Source: Ginglymostoma cirratum
Taxonomy: Eukaryota
Length of the DNA: 64,000 nucleotides
Reading direction: 5' to 3'
Assembly: GCA_024137785.1 (NCBI GenBank)
Contig: JAHRHZ010000012.1
Span: 50,131,201-50,195,200, forward strand
A model generated the notes under the pieces. It made no database searches. It saw only the letters and a program-made list of their open reading frames with translations, and was not told the origin of the DNA. This document shows positions 27,273-40,748 of this stretch, piece by piece; position 1 is the stretch's first letter; each line of letters opens with the position of its first letter. The translations under genes were made by a program, and so were the position numbers.

Positions 27273-30200
27273 TTTGTTTTGCTAGATGCCTTTGTAGCCT
27301 GCTCCACCAAGGACGTGGGAAAGAAACATTGAATCTGTGGCTGTGGCTGTCTCGCATATAATACCATCTGCATTTAAACGACAGGTAGATCTTAAAGATT
27401 CAAAATCTTACTGGATGTCATTGAATCCCCAAAAGCAAATAATATTCTTATTCATTTCACAAGGAAATCAGGTTTTCATAAAATGATAGATTAATTGTAA
27501 CATGTTTAAACAAAGCATGACACCAGGTAAAGCTGCTGACTTTCACACGTGCACAACAGAAGAAATCAATACACTACAATTGATTAGAACAATGTGATGA
27601 GTATTTATTTGCCATAACAGCAGGGAGACAATAGATGTTAGGGAAATAATAAAGGAAATGCAGTGAGAAAGTCACAAGAATTAGTAATCTAGAAACACAT
27701 CTCAGGCATATAAAAGAGCCTATATGGTGGGATTCTGGCAAAATGTGATAAGCGATATTTATTAACACTCTCCTGAGATCCCTGACCCAGTGGGTTGGTA
27801 CCTCTTGTGGTCCCATATCTAAGTCATGGTATCTGTTTGAGGGTGAACATGAACTCTACCAGATGACCATGCCTATTGAGAACAGGTGTCAGTTTTATGG
27901 GAACACATTGCAACCTAAAATTCAAATGGAAAATGGCAATTGGTCCCAAATGGGGTGACTACCATTGCTACAAGGGCTAGTAAAATGTTATCACCCACTT
28001 CTTCGCCAGCCATTAGCATTTCCTCTAAATTGCCAATTCAGAGGAACAAACTGTTGTTTCATGTCTTGATTGCTCTTTTGGGTGGTAGAATTCCTTTGCT
28101 GCTGCTATAAGCACACGTGTCACGTTCGATATTTAAATGACCCTGTCCCCAGGAACTGAGATGGAATTATGGTGTAAGCTTAGCCACAGGTGGATATTCC
28201 ATCCCAGTGCAAGTCTAGTCATAGAAATGTGCTGCTGTGTTTCTCTGGAGTTGTCACTAAAGCCTGTGCCTTTACGTTCATGAGAATAATAATTTCAGAT
28301 TGCAAAGTGATTAATCAAAGAAATACAGTCTGTTCCTGACAACATAGCAAAGTAGGAAGCTATTGCTAAAAACAATTGCCACTTATGATCATTCAATCAG
28401 CAGAAATCATTAAACTTTAAGCAAAATCTTTTAGCCTATAATTTGTGATTGGTAGCGAAGCATTGCCACTGACCTCAAAAGCAACGAAGCTGGGAGATCT
28501 AGCAGCATCTGAGGTGAAACCCTTACCTCACTCAATTTGCAGTTCCCAGCGTCATGCTGCAGCAATGTCATCAAGCTATCCGAGTCACTAACCATATTAA
28601 GGAATTCTCACGGACAGCCACCTATGAAACAAAAAGCACTAATAATTAGCCCACCTCCAAAAGGTTTACAGAGAGCAAAATAAAGATTGGGGCACAAGAC
28701 TTAAGGGAAAAGCTGAAAAATCTCAAACAAAGTTTTGAAAGATATATTTTTAATTATTTAAAACATGTAATTTAAAATCTCTAGTAATTAATCTTAATTA
28801 AGAAATTTAACAACATCCCATTTTGATTTTAGGGTCAGACCTGTTGTTTGATTATAGCTGCAACTCAGATGACTATTAAAAAGTCAAACTTCATTCAAAA
28901 AAGACTTAATCTTTTTTTTAGAATTGCAGGCAGTGAATGGAAAGGTGGAATGATCTTGCTGAATCACTTGATTTCAGCTTGATGAGAGTTGCAAGTGAGA
29001 TGATTGGCAATACAGCCTGGGGCAGAGTAGTGGACGACAGACTGACAAATCATCACTTCTCTATTAATCTGCCATTGTGTTAAATCCTGGAGTCATAGTC
29101 AGATTTAGAAGGGTAGTGGTAGTGAAGGTTGACACGTCACTGTCAAAATACTAGCAAGTCCCAGCTCATTGTGTTTTTTGGCTGCTGGTCTGATCACCCA
29201 AAAGAATGTGCGTTCCATTATTTTACAAGAAAATGACCTAGAAATGTTATACATAAAATTGAACTTTCTCCCCCTTGAGTATCGTAAATGAGTATAATAG
29301 GCAATGAGCCATAGTTAAAATGTTGTAACCAGAAACAACCAACCTGCATTATATTCAAATACCCTTGAGATGCATCTGGATATTTTATTACCTTTGTTGA
29401 TCCAGCTTCACACCGAATGGATATTTTCAGTGAATGGGTGATACTCATGCCTAATTCTGTTTCCGTTTCTACTGTTGCTAATGGACATCTATTCAGTTTG
29501 TACATATGTTTCATGTTTCCTGTTCCAGTGTGAATTACCATATATTTATCCACATTAAAGCCCATCTGTTCCTCCTTAGCCCTTCTGCTTAATTTCTCCA
29601 GATCTTCCTGAATGTTATCAATCTCCTTTACACTGGCCACCTGATTATATAGTTTTTTGTCTTCTGCTGGTTTTATAATATCACTGGAAATACTATTCTC
29701 TATCTTGCTATAAATGCAATGAATAACAGGGAGCTAGACCAGGCTTTGGTAGAACTTCTGTTTTTATTGCCTCATATCCATAAATCCTGTTTTTACATCA
29801 TTGCTTTCTTCTTCCCACTGTCAAGTCAGTTTTCAAAAACAAAATAACTAAATTGCCATTAATTCTACACCATTAATTTTCTTGAAAAGCTTATTTGGAC
29901 AACTTTGGTCAAATTCTCTCCGAAAATCAAGTAAATTATACTCATCTATTGTTTCTATCACCAGGGAGCAATAGCCATGCTCATTTGCACGGGTCAAGTA
30001 ATCAATTTCCAGTTGCTGGGGCAGTAAATTTGAACTACCCTATTTTTCTTTCCCTCGGCAGTACATATCCCTTTACTCTTTATTGAAGAAAGAATCACTC
30101 CATTTCTTTTTTGAATAGCTAGTAATCATATTTGAGCACAAGGTGGCATTCTATTCCATAAAGTGAAAGACTTTTTGCTATTTAATTTCAATATGCCTTT

Positions 30201-30280
30201 ATTCGTCTTTTGTATGCACTAACCATATCTATCTCACTAATTACTTCCATGGTTTGTATAAATGTGGATTTTTTTTTCAG

Positions 30281-30580
30281 TCAGGTCATCCCCTGTAACT
30301 CATCATGGTGCCTTCATAGATTCAATCTATGACTTAATAATGTCATCACCACCTCTGAGGAATAAAGGGATCAATTTACATGTAGGTAGCTCTAGTGACT
30401 GGAGACTAGAATATGTTCACTAAATACTGTGTTGGAAGAACCTGGACAGAGTCATCGCTGGATCCAATGATAGTACTTCCTCCTGAATATGAAGACTTGA
30501 GCATGGAACCCACTAACAACGTTGATGAGTGGAGACTGGAATTGGATTGACATCCAATGGGATACTAGTACCGAATAGAT
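30281..30580 (+). pseudogene. RGS-like exon remnant
   Basis: tttttttcag acceptor, gttagt donor; GAFIDSIYDLI, frameshift, NMFTKYCVG...PMIVLPPEYEDL. Confidence 0.45.
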
Positions 30581-31757
30581 GTTAGTACCAGGACAGCCAC
30601 AGTGGTCTCAAAATCATCATGACCTTTAATTCTTATACTTTTTGCTTCTTTCCAGGCAAACGTTAGGGTAATTGCAGTTTACTTCTTCTAGATAAAACTC
30701 TAGAATGCTATCCAACAAAATGGGGACAGTAGATTCATTCTGCCAATGACAACTCTAAAGAAGCTATCTAATTAGGTCCCACTGCTCTTTTTTCACAGCC
30801 TTGCAACCCCTGCCACTTTCAAATATTTTTCAATTTCCCTTTGAAAGTTATTACCAAATTCACTTCCACCACCTTTTCGGGTAGTTCATATTAAATGATA
30901 ACAAATATGTTTTTTTTCTCTCAACTTCCCTCTGGTTCTTTTGCAACTTAACATAAATCTGAATCCTCTGTTTACTGAACTTTTTGCTATTAGAGACAGC
31001 TTCTACTTATTTCAAACAGTTCTATCAAAGCTCCCCCAACCTTCTCTCCTGTATGGAGAACTAGCCAATTTTCTTTTGTTTCTGTACATAACCAGAAAGC
31101 TTTCAACCCCACTACTGTTCCTCTGCAACATGGTAAATTGCCTCTGCACCATGGTATCATTTCAAAAAACGTTGTGATAAAACTTGATTGCAATACTCCA
31201 GTTTGTATAAAGTTTTAACACAACTTGCTCCTTTTTGTATGTTATGTCTCCGGTTATAAAGCCCTTTTAACAGGTATCTCAATTTGTCCTGCCACCTTCA
31301 AAGGCATGCATTGCTACACTCTTGGTCTCTCTGTTTCTGCACTTGCTTTAGAATTGATTCATTAATTATATTGCCTGTTCCCATTCTGCCTGCCACAATA
31401 AATCATTTCACCCTTATCTCCATTAAATTTTAACTGCTGATTTTTCTGCCCAATTCACCGTGCTGGTCTATATCCTTCAGAAGTCAGTTACTATCATTCT
31501 CATTATTGTTATAGCCACACTGTTCAGCAGAACCATTGGCCCAAAATTTCCTTAGAGCTGCCCCTGCACTGCTGTGATAACTTTAAAAGTGCTGTAGAAG
31601 CTCAACTTCACTTCACTGACTAAAAGTCTAATTTGAATTGTTAGTATTACCAAAATCAAAATTGTTACTGATTGCACCCATGTTGCCTTTAGACATTTAT
31701 GTACAAAGCAGCACATAGAATAAAAATTATTCTCTCAAACTGCAAACAAAATACTGG

Positions 31758-32065
31758 AATAGAATCCCTACAGTGTGGAAACAGGCCCTTTGGCCCAACA
31801 AGTCTGCACTGACCCTCAGAGCATCCCGTACTCCTATAACCCACCTAATCTACACATCCCTGAACACTACAGGCAACTTAGCATGGCCAAGCCACCTAGT
31901 GTGCACGTCTTTGGACTGTGGGAGGAAACCAGAGCACCAGGAGAAAACCCACGCAGACACAGGGAGTTTGTGCAAATTCCACACAGACAGTCACCAAGGT
32001 GGGTATTGAACCAGGTCCCTAGCAATGTGAGGCAGTAGTGCTAACCACTGAGCCACCATGCCACC
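31758..32065 (-). mobile_element. HE1-type V-SINE
   Basis: Same head, core and tail as 9708-10038. Confidence 0.9.
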
Positions 32066-33330
32066 CTTTTGACAAATGTAATCTTATTGATATATATAAA
32101 ATTATTGGCGGATTTGACAGTGTGATAACTGTATCACCTAGGTAAGGCATCCAGGCATAGCAATCACAGTCTTGGGTTAAGTGTTCAGCCTTATAGGGCT
32201 GAGACAAGGAAAACATTTTTTTTCACTCAAAGCATTGTGATTCCTAGAAACTCTCAGTCCCAAAGAGCTGTGAATACTCAGTTACTAAGTATGCATGAGA
32301 TTGAAATTGACATGCATTTAAGCAGTAAGGCAACCAAGGGCTATAGGATAAGAATGTTGACATGGATGATGTTGAAGGTCAGTCAAGGGTAGAAACTTGT
32401 AATAGTAGTGATGTTTCTTATAATGAAATATGTAAACTTATAAATTAGGAACAAGTGTAGGCCACTCAGCCCTTCTCTCCTTCTCTGCCATTCAATAAGA
32501 TCACATTTGATCTGATTATTCCACATGGCTGTCTACCCCCAATAACTTTTTATCCCTTTTCTTGTTAAGAATTCACCCATCTCTGCCTTACATATATTCA
32601 AAGACCTTGCCTTTTGACAAAGAAAGTTCCAAAGTTCGCAACCCACTGTGAGTAATAAAAAATCTCCTTATCTCTATCGTAAATGGGTCATGCCTCACTT
32701 TTATACAATGACCCCTAGCTCTAGATTCTCCCACAAGAAGAAACTTAATTTCCATATCCACCCTCCTCAGAATCTTGTACATTTCAATTGTCACCTTTTA
32801 CTCTTCTGAACTCCAATGGATACAAGTCTTGCCTGTTCAACCTTACTCACAACACAACCTTCCAACTACTAGACTGTAAACCTAGTCTGAACTGCTTCCA
32901 ATGTATTTTAATCGGTCCTTAAATAAGGTGACCAATATAGTACCCCAAGTGTTATCTCGCCAGTGCCAGCATAACTGAAGTACGTCTCCCTACAACTGAA
33001 GTGAAAATTAACAAAATTGTAAGGTTTAGAAGGCAGCACCTCAGAAGGATTAAAGAATTACACTTTGCCTCTTAGAAGATCTTCTCTGCCATCATTCATT
33101 TGTAACTAGAATCTTGTATCCTGAACAAAGAAATATTATCTTACTTCTACATTTACTGCAGGTGCATAGAGTTCTTGTAAGATTAAATCCATTCGCTGCT
33201 ATATCTGTTCCTTTATTGAAAAAGACACAGTGAAAATTAGGTACTGTACTAGGTTTAGGACACTGTCACCTTGCCTCATGAACTCATCTTCAAATGCAGT
33301 CAACACAGATGAGCTTTAGTTCTTTTTCAG

Positions 33331-33990
33331 ATGGAAGCTCAATCTCTATTTCTCTCTTTCAATGTTCTGAATGCTCTGAAGTGCATTCAGTTTGAGGCAG
33401 CCCTAATGCTGCTTTGAGAGCCTTCAATTTCAACAAAACTGGCAATTTTTCAATAAAGTCCATCCATAAGCAATGAGAGTTCAGGAATTGAAAAAAAAAT
33501 GCTAAAAGGCTGAAAATTCTAATGGCTAATTTCCACTGATGGAATTGTAGCAAATTTCAGTCTAAATCCACCCACTTGACAAGATGTGTCCTGCACCCAG
33601 GTTTGAGACAGGTTTATGGCATCGTTGGCTCAGGTCATTTGGACTTCCAAAAATATATTGGTCACTTTCACCCAAATGAAAGCCTAGAATGTTGCACTAG
33701 CGTTATAAAGATATGGGAAGGGTCTCACAGAAACAGAGCATTAGAACTCTTCAAATTCATTTTTGCAGCATAATTGACCCCTTCACTTTCTCTAAAGCAT
33801 TCCGGGCCTCTTATTAGAGCTCTATTAGAACTTGCTCTCAACCCTACTGCGTCTATCAGGTAGCGTATTGGAGAGATATTCCCAGGAAGACTCAATCCTA
33901 CCAGATCAACTGCCTTGTGAAAGAAACATGGGATGCATAAAAGGCAAATGATGTAGAAATGCAAAGTTTTCGAATGGCTCTAGGACTGTG
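33331..33990 (+). pseudogene. Large exon remnant containing a near single-frame RGS-like domain
   Basis: LRQVYGIVGSGHLDFQKYIGHFHPNESLECCTSVIKIWEGSHRNRALELFKFIFAA*LTPSLSLKHSGPLIRALLE, frameshift, TQSYQINCLVKETWDA*KAND; ends tgtg|gtatgt. Confidence 0.65.
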
Positions 33991-34977
33991 GTATGTTTGC
34001 TGCAGGAACGGTAGGTTCTATGGAAAGATATGAACGTGAAATTAAAATTTTAACTTTGGATTATTGACGGACTGAAAACCAACAGAGGTCAGTGAAAACA
34101 AGGGTCTTAAATATATTGAATTTAGTGATGATTAGAATACTAGTCGTAGAGATTTGGGTGAGGTTCAATTTATCAATATTGAAATGGGGAGATTGGCAAG
34201 TAGAATATTGGAGTAGTTTAGCCTAGGAGTTGCAAGAGAATAGTTTAGGTTATAGGATTTCAATTTAGGCAGGACGAAGATCAACAAAACTTGCTGGCAA
34301 AGCATCATCAGAACTTATGTAACACAAACTTTATAAAAAAATGTCAATTGTTGTATTTTGCTATTATGCACTGAACAATATGAACAATTATCCAAATAAG
34401 TTGATCTCCACATTTTTCACATCCAGCTTCCCATCTGAAACATGAAAGTTGGCCACAACTGCATGCATAGAACTAGGCTATTTCTGTTTTTGTTAATTGG
34501 AGCCTGTCCACCTCCTTCTGCCTAAGACCTTGAGGTTAATGGAAACTACCTTCTCATTTCATTGCAGGCTAAACATGCCATTGTAGTCTGCAAAGTATAT
34601 TGCCAAGAGTTGACATTAATAGTTTATTTTACATGTGTGCAAGTGAAAGGGCTTATTATTATAGTGGTTGCAATGTGAATCAGCCACTCTGTTAGCTTAA
34701 AAATCATGCTTTAAATTGCTTTATTTCCACTGGTGATACAGGACGTAAAACAACATACATTTTGAATAGCTGCCACTGTTAACAAAAAGTAATTTGAATC
34801 TGGGATACTTGCAAAATATAAACATCATGTAGATCTCTGCTCCCACTGAGCATGGCAGAGTAATATTAGTCCAGTATAAACATCTAACTTCCCGCCCTGA
34901 AAAAGTAAATTAAAAATCAGAAAATACTAGGGAAAAAAAAACATGCAGGAATGAATTGATTAGCACCAGTTTTTCAG

Positions 34978-35194
34978 AGAACAACTCCTGCACGAGAATG
35001 AATAGGGTCAAGTTGTATTCAGTACTGGTTTCAGGCCTCATTTAACTTAAGAGTGATGAACTGTGGAGGTCCACTGCAATTTCTTAAGCAACTCATGACA
35101 AAGCGAAATGAACTGCAGCCAATGTGCAGATCCTCTTGGAAGGTCTCTTTCAGTTGGCAGTGGGGAGGCAATTTTAAAGATCAAATATGATTTG
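34978..35194 (+). pseudogene. RGS-like exon remnant
   Basis: tttttcag acceptor, tttg|gtaatg donor; EQLLHENE*GQVVFSTGFRPHLT, frameshift, NCGGPLQFLKQLMTK. Confidence 0.55.
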
Positions 35195-35355
35195 GTAATG
35201 GTCTTTGCGACTATTAGTGGAGATAGACAGCAAACACTTCTTTAAAATTCATCCATAGGATGTATTTGCTGCTGGCTAGGCCAACATTTATTGCCTATCC
35301 CTACTTGTCCTGGATACAGTGAGCTGCCCTCCCCCTTGCGGTGTGTCCTTGGGGT

Positions 35356-35548
35356 TTTCAGAATAACAAAGCCTTTTGTGATCTAACCAACAAGGACACA
35401 CTGGAGGCTGTAACAATAACTGTTAAGTTTTTTACAACTTACCTCAGTGTAGAACAAGGAGGTAAGTTGTAAAAAACCTAACAGTTATTGTTACAGCCTC
35501 CAGTGTGTCCTTGTTGGTTAGATCACAAAAGGCTTTGTCATTCTGAAA
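35356..35548. repeat. 90-bp inverted repeat with 13-nt loop
   Basis: Arms 35356-35445 and 35459-35548, two mismatches. Confidence 0.97.
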
Positions 35549-35729
35549 GTAGCCAGCATAGAAAAAATGGGGTTAACATCAGGAACACACTTGATGATTA
35601 TGTCACAACGAGAAGGTGGTGACCTGGAAGGGAGCAGTTGCTCCAACTCCAAATGATGCAAATATATATAAAGAGCTATCTGTAAATGTAGAAGTTTTTT
35701 GCATACTAATGAACAGAAACTATGATAGC

Positions 35730-37140
35730 AGCAGAAAAAGAAATGAAAAAGCAAAAAAAAACCTGCTGTTGAAATGAAGCTCAAGCTGAAGAAGCAATAA
35801 ATTTTGAAAAATTGAAGACTCATGGACATCAGGAACATCACAAAAATTGCAGTAGCAAATTAGATCACATATCAAATCCATTGATATCAATGAGGAAAAA
35901 CCTGAAATCACAAGCAACAGCACAAACATGACAGCAGATGCAGGAAAAGTTTCAGGGGTCAGGAGAACTTTAGAATCCAAATTACCATTCCAGAACGATT
36001 GCAGGCCATTGCAGGATCACACCAAGCCTGGGACTGGGGAAAAATGGAATGAAAGGATCACTAGGTGGAGAACTGCTTCAGACTTGGGTAAGAAAGGCCA
36101 GAAGGACTAGGTCAGTTCAAAAAAACATGCAGGAATGAATTGATTAGCACCAGTTTTTCAGAGAACAACTCCTGCACGAGAATGAATAGGGTCAAGATGT
36201 ATTCAGTACTGGTTTCAGGCATCATTTAACTTAAGAGTGACTTACGTCATGTTGCGGTCACCATCACTACAATCTGTTAGCAAGTCAGAGCATTGATGAG
36301 AATGGAATATCATTTGAAGAAATATTACAGGCATTTGACTCACATTTAAGCATTTGTTGGATTTTACTCATTGAATTGGCAAAGGTTAATAGATGGAAAC
36401 AAAAGTCAGGCAAAAGCATGGATATATTTGTTAATGATCTTTAAAGACTGATAGAGAACTAGGCTCAGGGAAATTTAAAAGCAGAGTTAATTCACAATGA
36501 GATTGTTGTCCGGGTTGCAGATGAGGCGCTATTGGAAATTTTGCAAGGTTGATTTAAAACAGGTGAAAATGATTCAAACCTTGATACAAACAGACCTAGG
36601 AAACAGAATTAGGTATTTGTTCAAGGGGAAAGTGAAGGCCCATGGGATAGAACGATTGAGTAAGGCAATTCTGTTTGAGGACTGCAAAGAAGAAAGTGTA
36701 TGGAAAGCTTGGCCTACCAAAATAGGGAAAAACACACCAAGCACAATTTTTATATGTCTGTGATGTGGCAGGAACAAGCCACACAAATGTGAGTGATACC
36801 ATTAGGAAGAGCAAAGTGCCGCAACGGTGGAAAATATACAACTGTAAAGAAGCATGCTGCTTCGAAAACTTTCAAACACAGGGAGAAATATTAAAGTGAT
36901 GTCACATACAAGAGATTGAAAAGCTAAAAAAGAACACCCTAAAATATTTCATGTCAGGACAAAATAAATAATGCAGAAACCATTGGACTGTCAAGCTAGA
37001 AATGGATGGATATCCCACAAGCATTTGAATTAGATAAGGGCCCCATTCTTCAGTACTATCATATCAAGCTAAATGGCTCAAACAAATTACTTTGCAATGA
37101 TCTTTGATAAATTTCATTAAATGATAAAGACAACTCATGG
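35730..37140 (+). mobile_element. Gypsy (Mag-like) gag-protease relic
   Basis: WNERITRWRTASDLGKK; LAKVNRWKQKSGKSMDIFVNDL; LKAELIHNEIVV; decayed double Zn knuckle about 36756-36860; WTVKLEMDG...FELDKG protease motif. Confidence 0.8.
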
Positions 37141-37154
37141 CAATACTTAAACAT

Positions 37155-37750
37155 TAAGAACAGGTGATATTTGAAACAAAAACAGAAAATGCTGGAGAAA
37201 CTCAACAGGTCTGGTAGCCCGAGTAGAAAGACAACAGAGTCGATGTTTAAGATCTAGTGACCTTTGTTCAGAGTTTATTGTAGCTATGAAAAGATGGTAT
37301 ATATACTGAAGACAGGGAAGTTGGGAAGGGGGGAGGAGCAAATGATAGGTGGTGATAGAGCCCAAAGAGACAGAGAGTGGCAATTAGGCAGACAAAAGCA
37401 TAGATATGGTGAACTGGGAGAAGGAAAAACTGATAGGGTAGAAAAAGAGGGTCCATTAGTAGATGAAAATGGGTTGAACGTGATGAAAGCATCCCAAGTA
37501 ATAACAGAGCCTGGGATGGAAGTGGAAATGAGTAAAGGAAATGGAAAGTTGTGTTCAGGCCTTAAAATTATTGAACTCAATGTTGAGTCCTCGAGATTGC
37601 AGAATCCTAAGGGAGAAATGAGTTTCTGTTCTTCAAGCTTGCTCTGATCCTCACTGGAGCACTGCAATATGCCCAAGACAGGGATGTTAGCCAGAGAACA
37701 CAGTGGTGTGTTGAAGTGGAAGGCGAGCAGAAGATCAGAGTCATTCTTCC
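37155..37750 (-). mobile_element. Penelope 3' end (EN C-terminus, UTR, pLTR)
   Basis: GILQCSSEDQSKLEEQKLISPLG; homologous to 40150-40748 in inverted orientation. Confidence 0.8.
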
Positions 37751-37943
37751 CAAGATCGACAAACAGGATTGCCTGGGCGGACCCATTTTTTCTACCTGCT
37801 CCTGTCTATTTCTACCTCATCTCTTCCTACATTGACTTGATTTTTTTCCTCCCCTTGCCCAGTCCCTTCCCACTTACATGTGCATTTCTTCTGAAGCCTT
37901 TTTTTATGGAACAGACCAAACACCCTCAAAACAGGATTTACTG

Positions 37944-38397
37944 GGATGTTGCTGAGAATGGGGGTTTTGAATTATAAGGAGAGGCTGGATAGGCTGGGAC
38001 CTATTTCACTGGAATGTAAGAGGTTGATGGGTGACCTTATAGCTGTTTACAAAATCTTGAAGGGAATCAATAAGGTGAATGGCAGTGCCTTTCCCTAGGG
38101 TGGGGGCTTTCATGACTAGGGGTCATATTTTTAAGGCGAGAGGAGAAATATTTAAAAAGGATATGGGGACAACTTTTTTTATAGGGAGAGTGGTTCGTAT
38201 GTGGAATGAACTTCCAGACAAAGTGATGGATGTGGGTACAGTTAGAATGTGTAAAAGACATTGGGATAAGTGCATGAAGAGGAAAGGTTTGGAGGAATAT
38301 GGGCCAAGCACAGGCAGGTGGGATGAGTTTACTTTGGGATTATGGCCAGCAGGTATTGGTTGGACCTAAGGGTCTGTTTGAATGCTGTATGACCCTA
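37944..38397 (+). mobile_element. CR1/HER1 LINE 3' end
   Basis: TRGHIFKARGEIFKKD...RVVRMWNELP. Confidence 0.9.
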
Positions 38398-38985
38398 TGT
38401 CAAGGAGATAGCGTGGATCCTAACTTTTATCTTATTTAAAGGCAAGTGTAAGGCACCATGTTCCAAAGGTACTAGGCTTTAAGCAAAATGCACTTTATGC
38501 TTACACCAGAGTTAAAATACAAAAAGAAGAATTGGCATAACCTTAACTTTATTGAAATACTTAACCAAAATAATATATTATTTATTACTACTCATCAACA
38601 ATTCCATTTTGCAGCATCCCATAAACATACCTATGACAAAGGAAAATGTAGCAAAACAGATTTGCTTACTTGCCATCTTCTCCAGCCCAGGAGAAGGAAC
38701 ACAGACAGAATGAATCTAGCAGCTAAGAGAGAACGCAAGCTTTTGCAACAGCAGGGAAAGATCTGTATCTTGCAGCTTCAACAGCAAAAACCCTAACTTC
38801 AACAACTGAAAGCAAAAAACTAAAACACTGGGTCTGTCTAAATCCACACACTTCTTTTGTCTAAAAAACCTGTAGCTACTTACTCTGCTTTCCATGGAGC
38901 AGATGCCTTGCCGCCAGATTTACAACACCTGTCTTCAAGAAAAACAGGATAGAATAAATCCCTTGTAAAGGCACATCGTGTTACA
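38398..38985 (-). mobile_element. Possible solo LTR
   Basis: TGT...ACA termini between two other TEs, AATAAA on the minus strand; no TSD found. Confidence 0.4.
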
Positions 38986-38989
38986 CTTT

Positions 38990-40748
38990 GCATCAACATC
39001 CTCTTCCTCACGGATGTGCAATCCCTTTACATACCATCCCCCATCAGGATTGCCTCAGGGCTCTTCACTTCTTTCTGGAAAACAGGCCTCAACTCTCCTA
39101 ATCCACAACCGCCCTCCTCTGAGCTCATCCTCACTTTGAACAACTTCTCCTCTGATGCGTCTCACTTTCCTTGGGTCAGATGAGTGGCCGGGGGCAGCCA
39201 CAGTGGCCCCATTATGCCTGTCTATTTGTGGGGTATGTGGAAAATCCTTTTTCCAATCCCATTCGTACCCCCATCCGCAACTCTTTCTCCGGTGCATTGA
39301 TGACATCATCAGTGTTGTTTCCCTTTCTCGTCCGGAATTGGAAATGTTTATCAATTTTGCTTCCATTTTCCACCTCACTCTCACCTTCACCTGGTCCATC
39401 TCTGACTCCTCCCTTCCCTTCCTCGAGATCTCTATTTCCATTTCTGGGGATAGGCTGGCCACTAACATCCACTACAAACCTACTGACTCCCACAGTTACC
39501 CTGCCTATACATCCCAACACAATGCTTCCAATATGACTCCGTCCCATTCTCCCACTTTTTCTGTATCTGTCGCATCTCTTTTGATGATACCAATTTTCAC
39601 TGGGGGGGGGCCTCAGAAATGTCCATCGTTATCCTCAACCAAGGATTCCCCATCACTGTGGTTGTCAGGGCCCTCAGCCATGTCTGACCCATTACCTGCA
39701 CTTCTGGCCTCATGCCTTCCTTTCCCTCCCAAAACAGGGTCCTCCTGGTCCTCAATTTCTACCCCACCAGCATCCACATCCAAAAGATCATTAGCTGCCA
39801 TATCTGCCAACTCCAGTGGATGCCAACTCCAGATGTTCAATCACAGCCCTTCCCTTGTTAGCCTTCCACAGGGATTTGTTCCCTCTGAAACTCTCTGGCA
39901 TACATGTCCTCCACTCCCTGCACCTCCTCACACCTCCAAGGCACCTTCCCATGCAACCGCAGAAGCTGTAACGCCTGCCTGTTTACTTTCAACCTTCTTG
40001 CTAACCAAGGCCCCAGAAATGCCTTCCGAGTGAAGCATAAATTTATCTGCACTTCAGCCAATCTGGTCTACTGTATTCACTGCTCACATTGTGGTCTCCT
40101 CTAAAATGAGGAGATGAAACATAGATTGGGTGACTGCTTTGCAGAATACCTACGTTCTGTCTGCAAAATGACCCCGAGCTTCCTAATGCCTGCCACTGCA
40201 AAACATCACTGTGTTCCCTGGCCAACATCTCTGTCTCAGGCTTGCTATAGTTCTCTAGTGCTAGCTGGAAGAATGGTATCTCATCTTCTGGTTGGGAACC
40301 CTGAAGCCTTCAGGACTCAATATTGAGTTAAATAATTTTAGGGCCTGAGCACCTTTCTCCACATCCTTTACCCACCCTCACACACCAGGCCCTGTCACCA
40401 CATGGGTTGCTTTCATCAAAGCCAACCCATTTGCACCAACTAATGGTTCCTATTAACGGGTTTTCTTTCTCCCCAGCTCACCATTATCTATCCTTTTGTC
40501 TTCCCAACTATCATTCTTTCTCTCTAGGCTCCATCTCCACCTACGGCTCATCCTTTTACCTTCTCCTCTTCACCTCTATCTTCAGCATATGTACTAATCT
40601 TTCCTGGCCACAATCAATTCTGAAGGAAGTTTACTGAACACAAAACATTAACTCTGCTTTCCCTCCACAAATGCTGCCAGATGTGCTGAGTTTCTCCAGC
40701 AATTTCTGTTTTTGTTTCAGATCGCCAGCACCTGCAGTTCTTTGCTCT
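38990..40748 (+). mobile_element. Penelope-like element (Neptune-type), 5'-truncated: RT + GIY-YIG + pLTR
   Basis: DVQSLY..IPH; FLRCIDDI; LPFLEISI...HYKPTDSHSY; Cys linker GTFPCNRRSCNAC; CTSANLVYCIHCSHCGLL; frameshifted. Confidence 0.92.

Larger units (their letters stand above)
29200..32990. mobile_element. CR1 fragments: 29200-30250 (-), 30770-31510 (-), 32070-32390 (+), 32440-32990 (-)
   Basis: IQEDLEKLSRRAKEEQMGFNVDKYMVIH; MYKILRRVD...SRARGHCIKV. Confidence 0.75.
34935..36240 (+). repeat. 122-bp direct duplication (34935-35056 and 36119-36240)
   Basis: Identical except two substitutions; offset 1184 bp. Confidence 0.95.

Noticed and set aside
39155-40033. Longest ORF (292 aa) as a host gene
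   Set aside because: It is frameshifted Penelope RT running into an off-frame tail.
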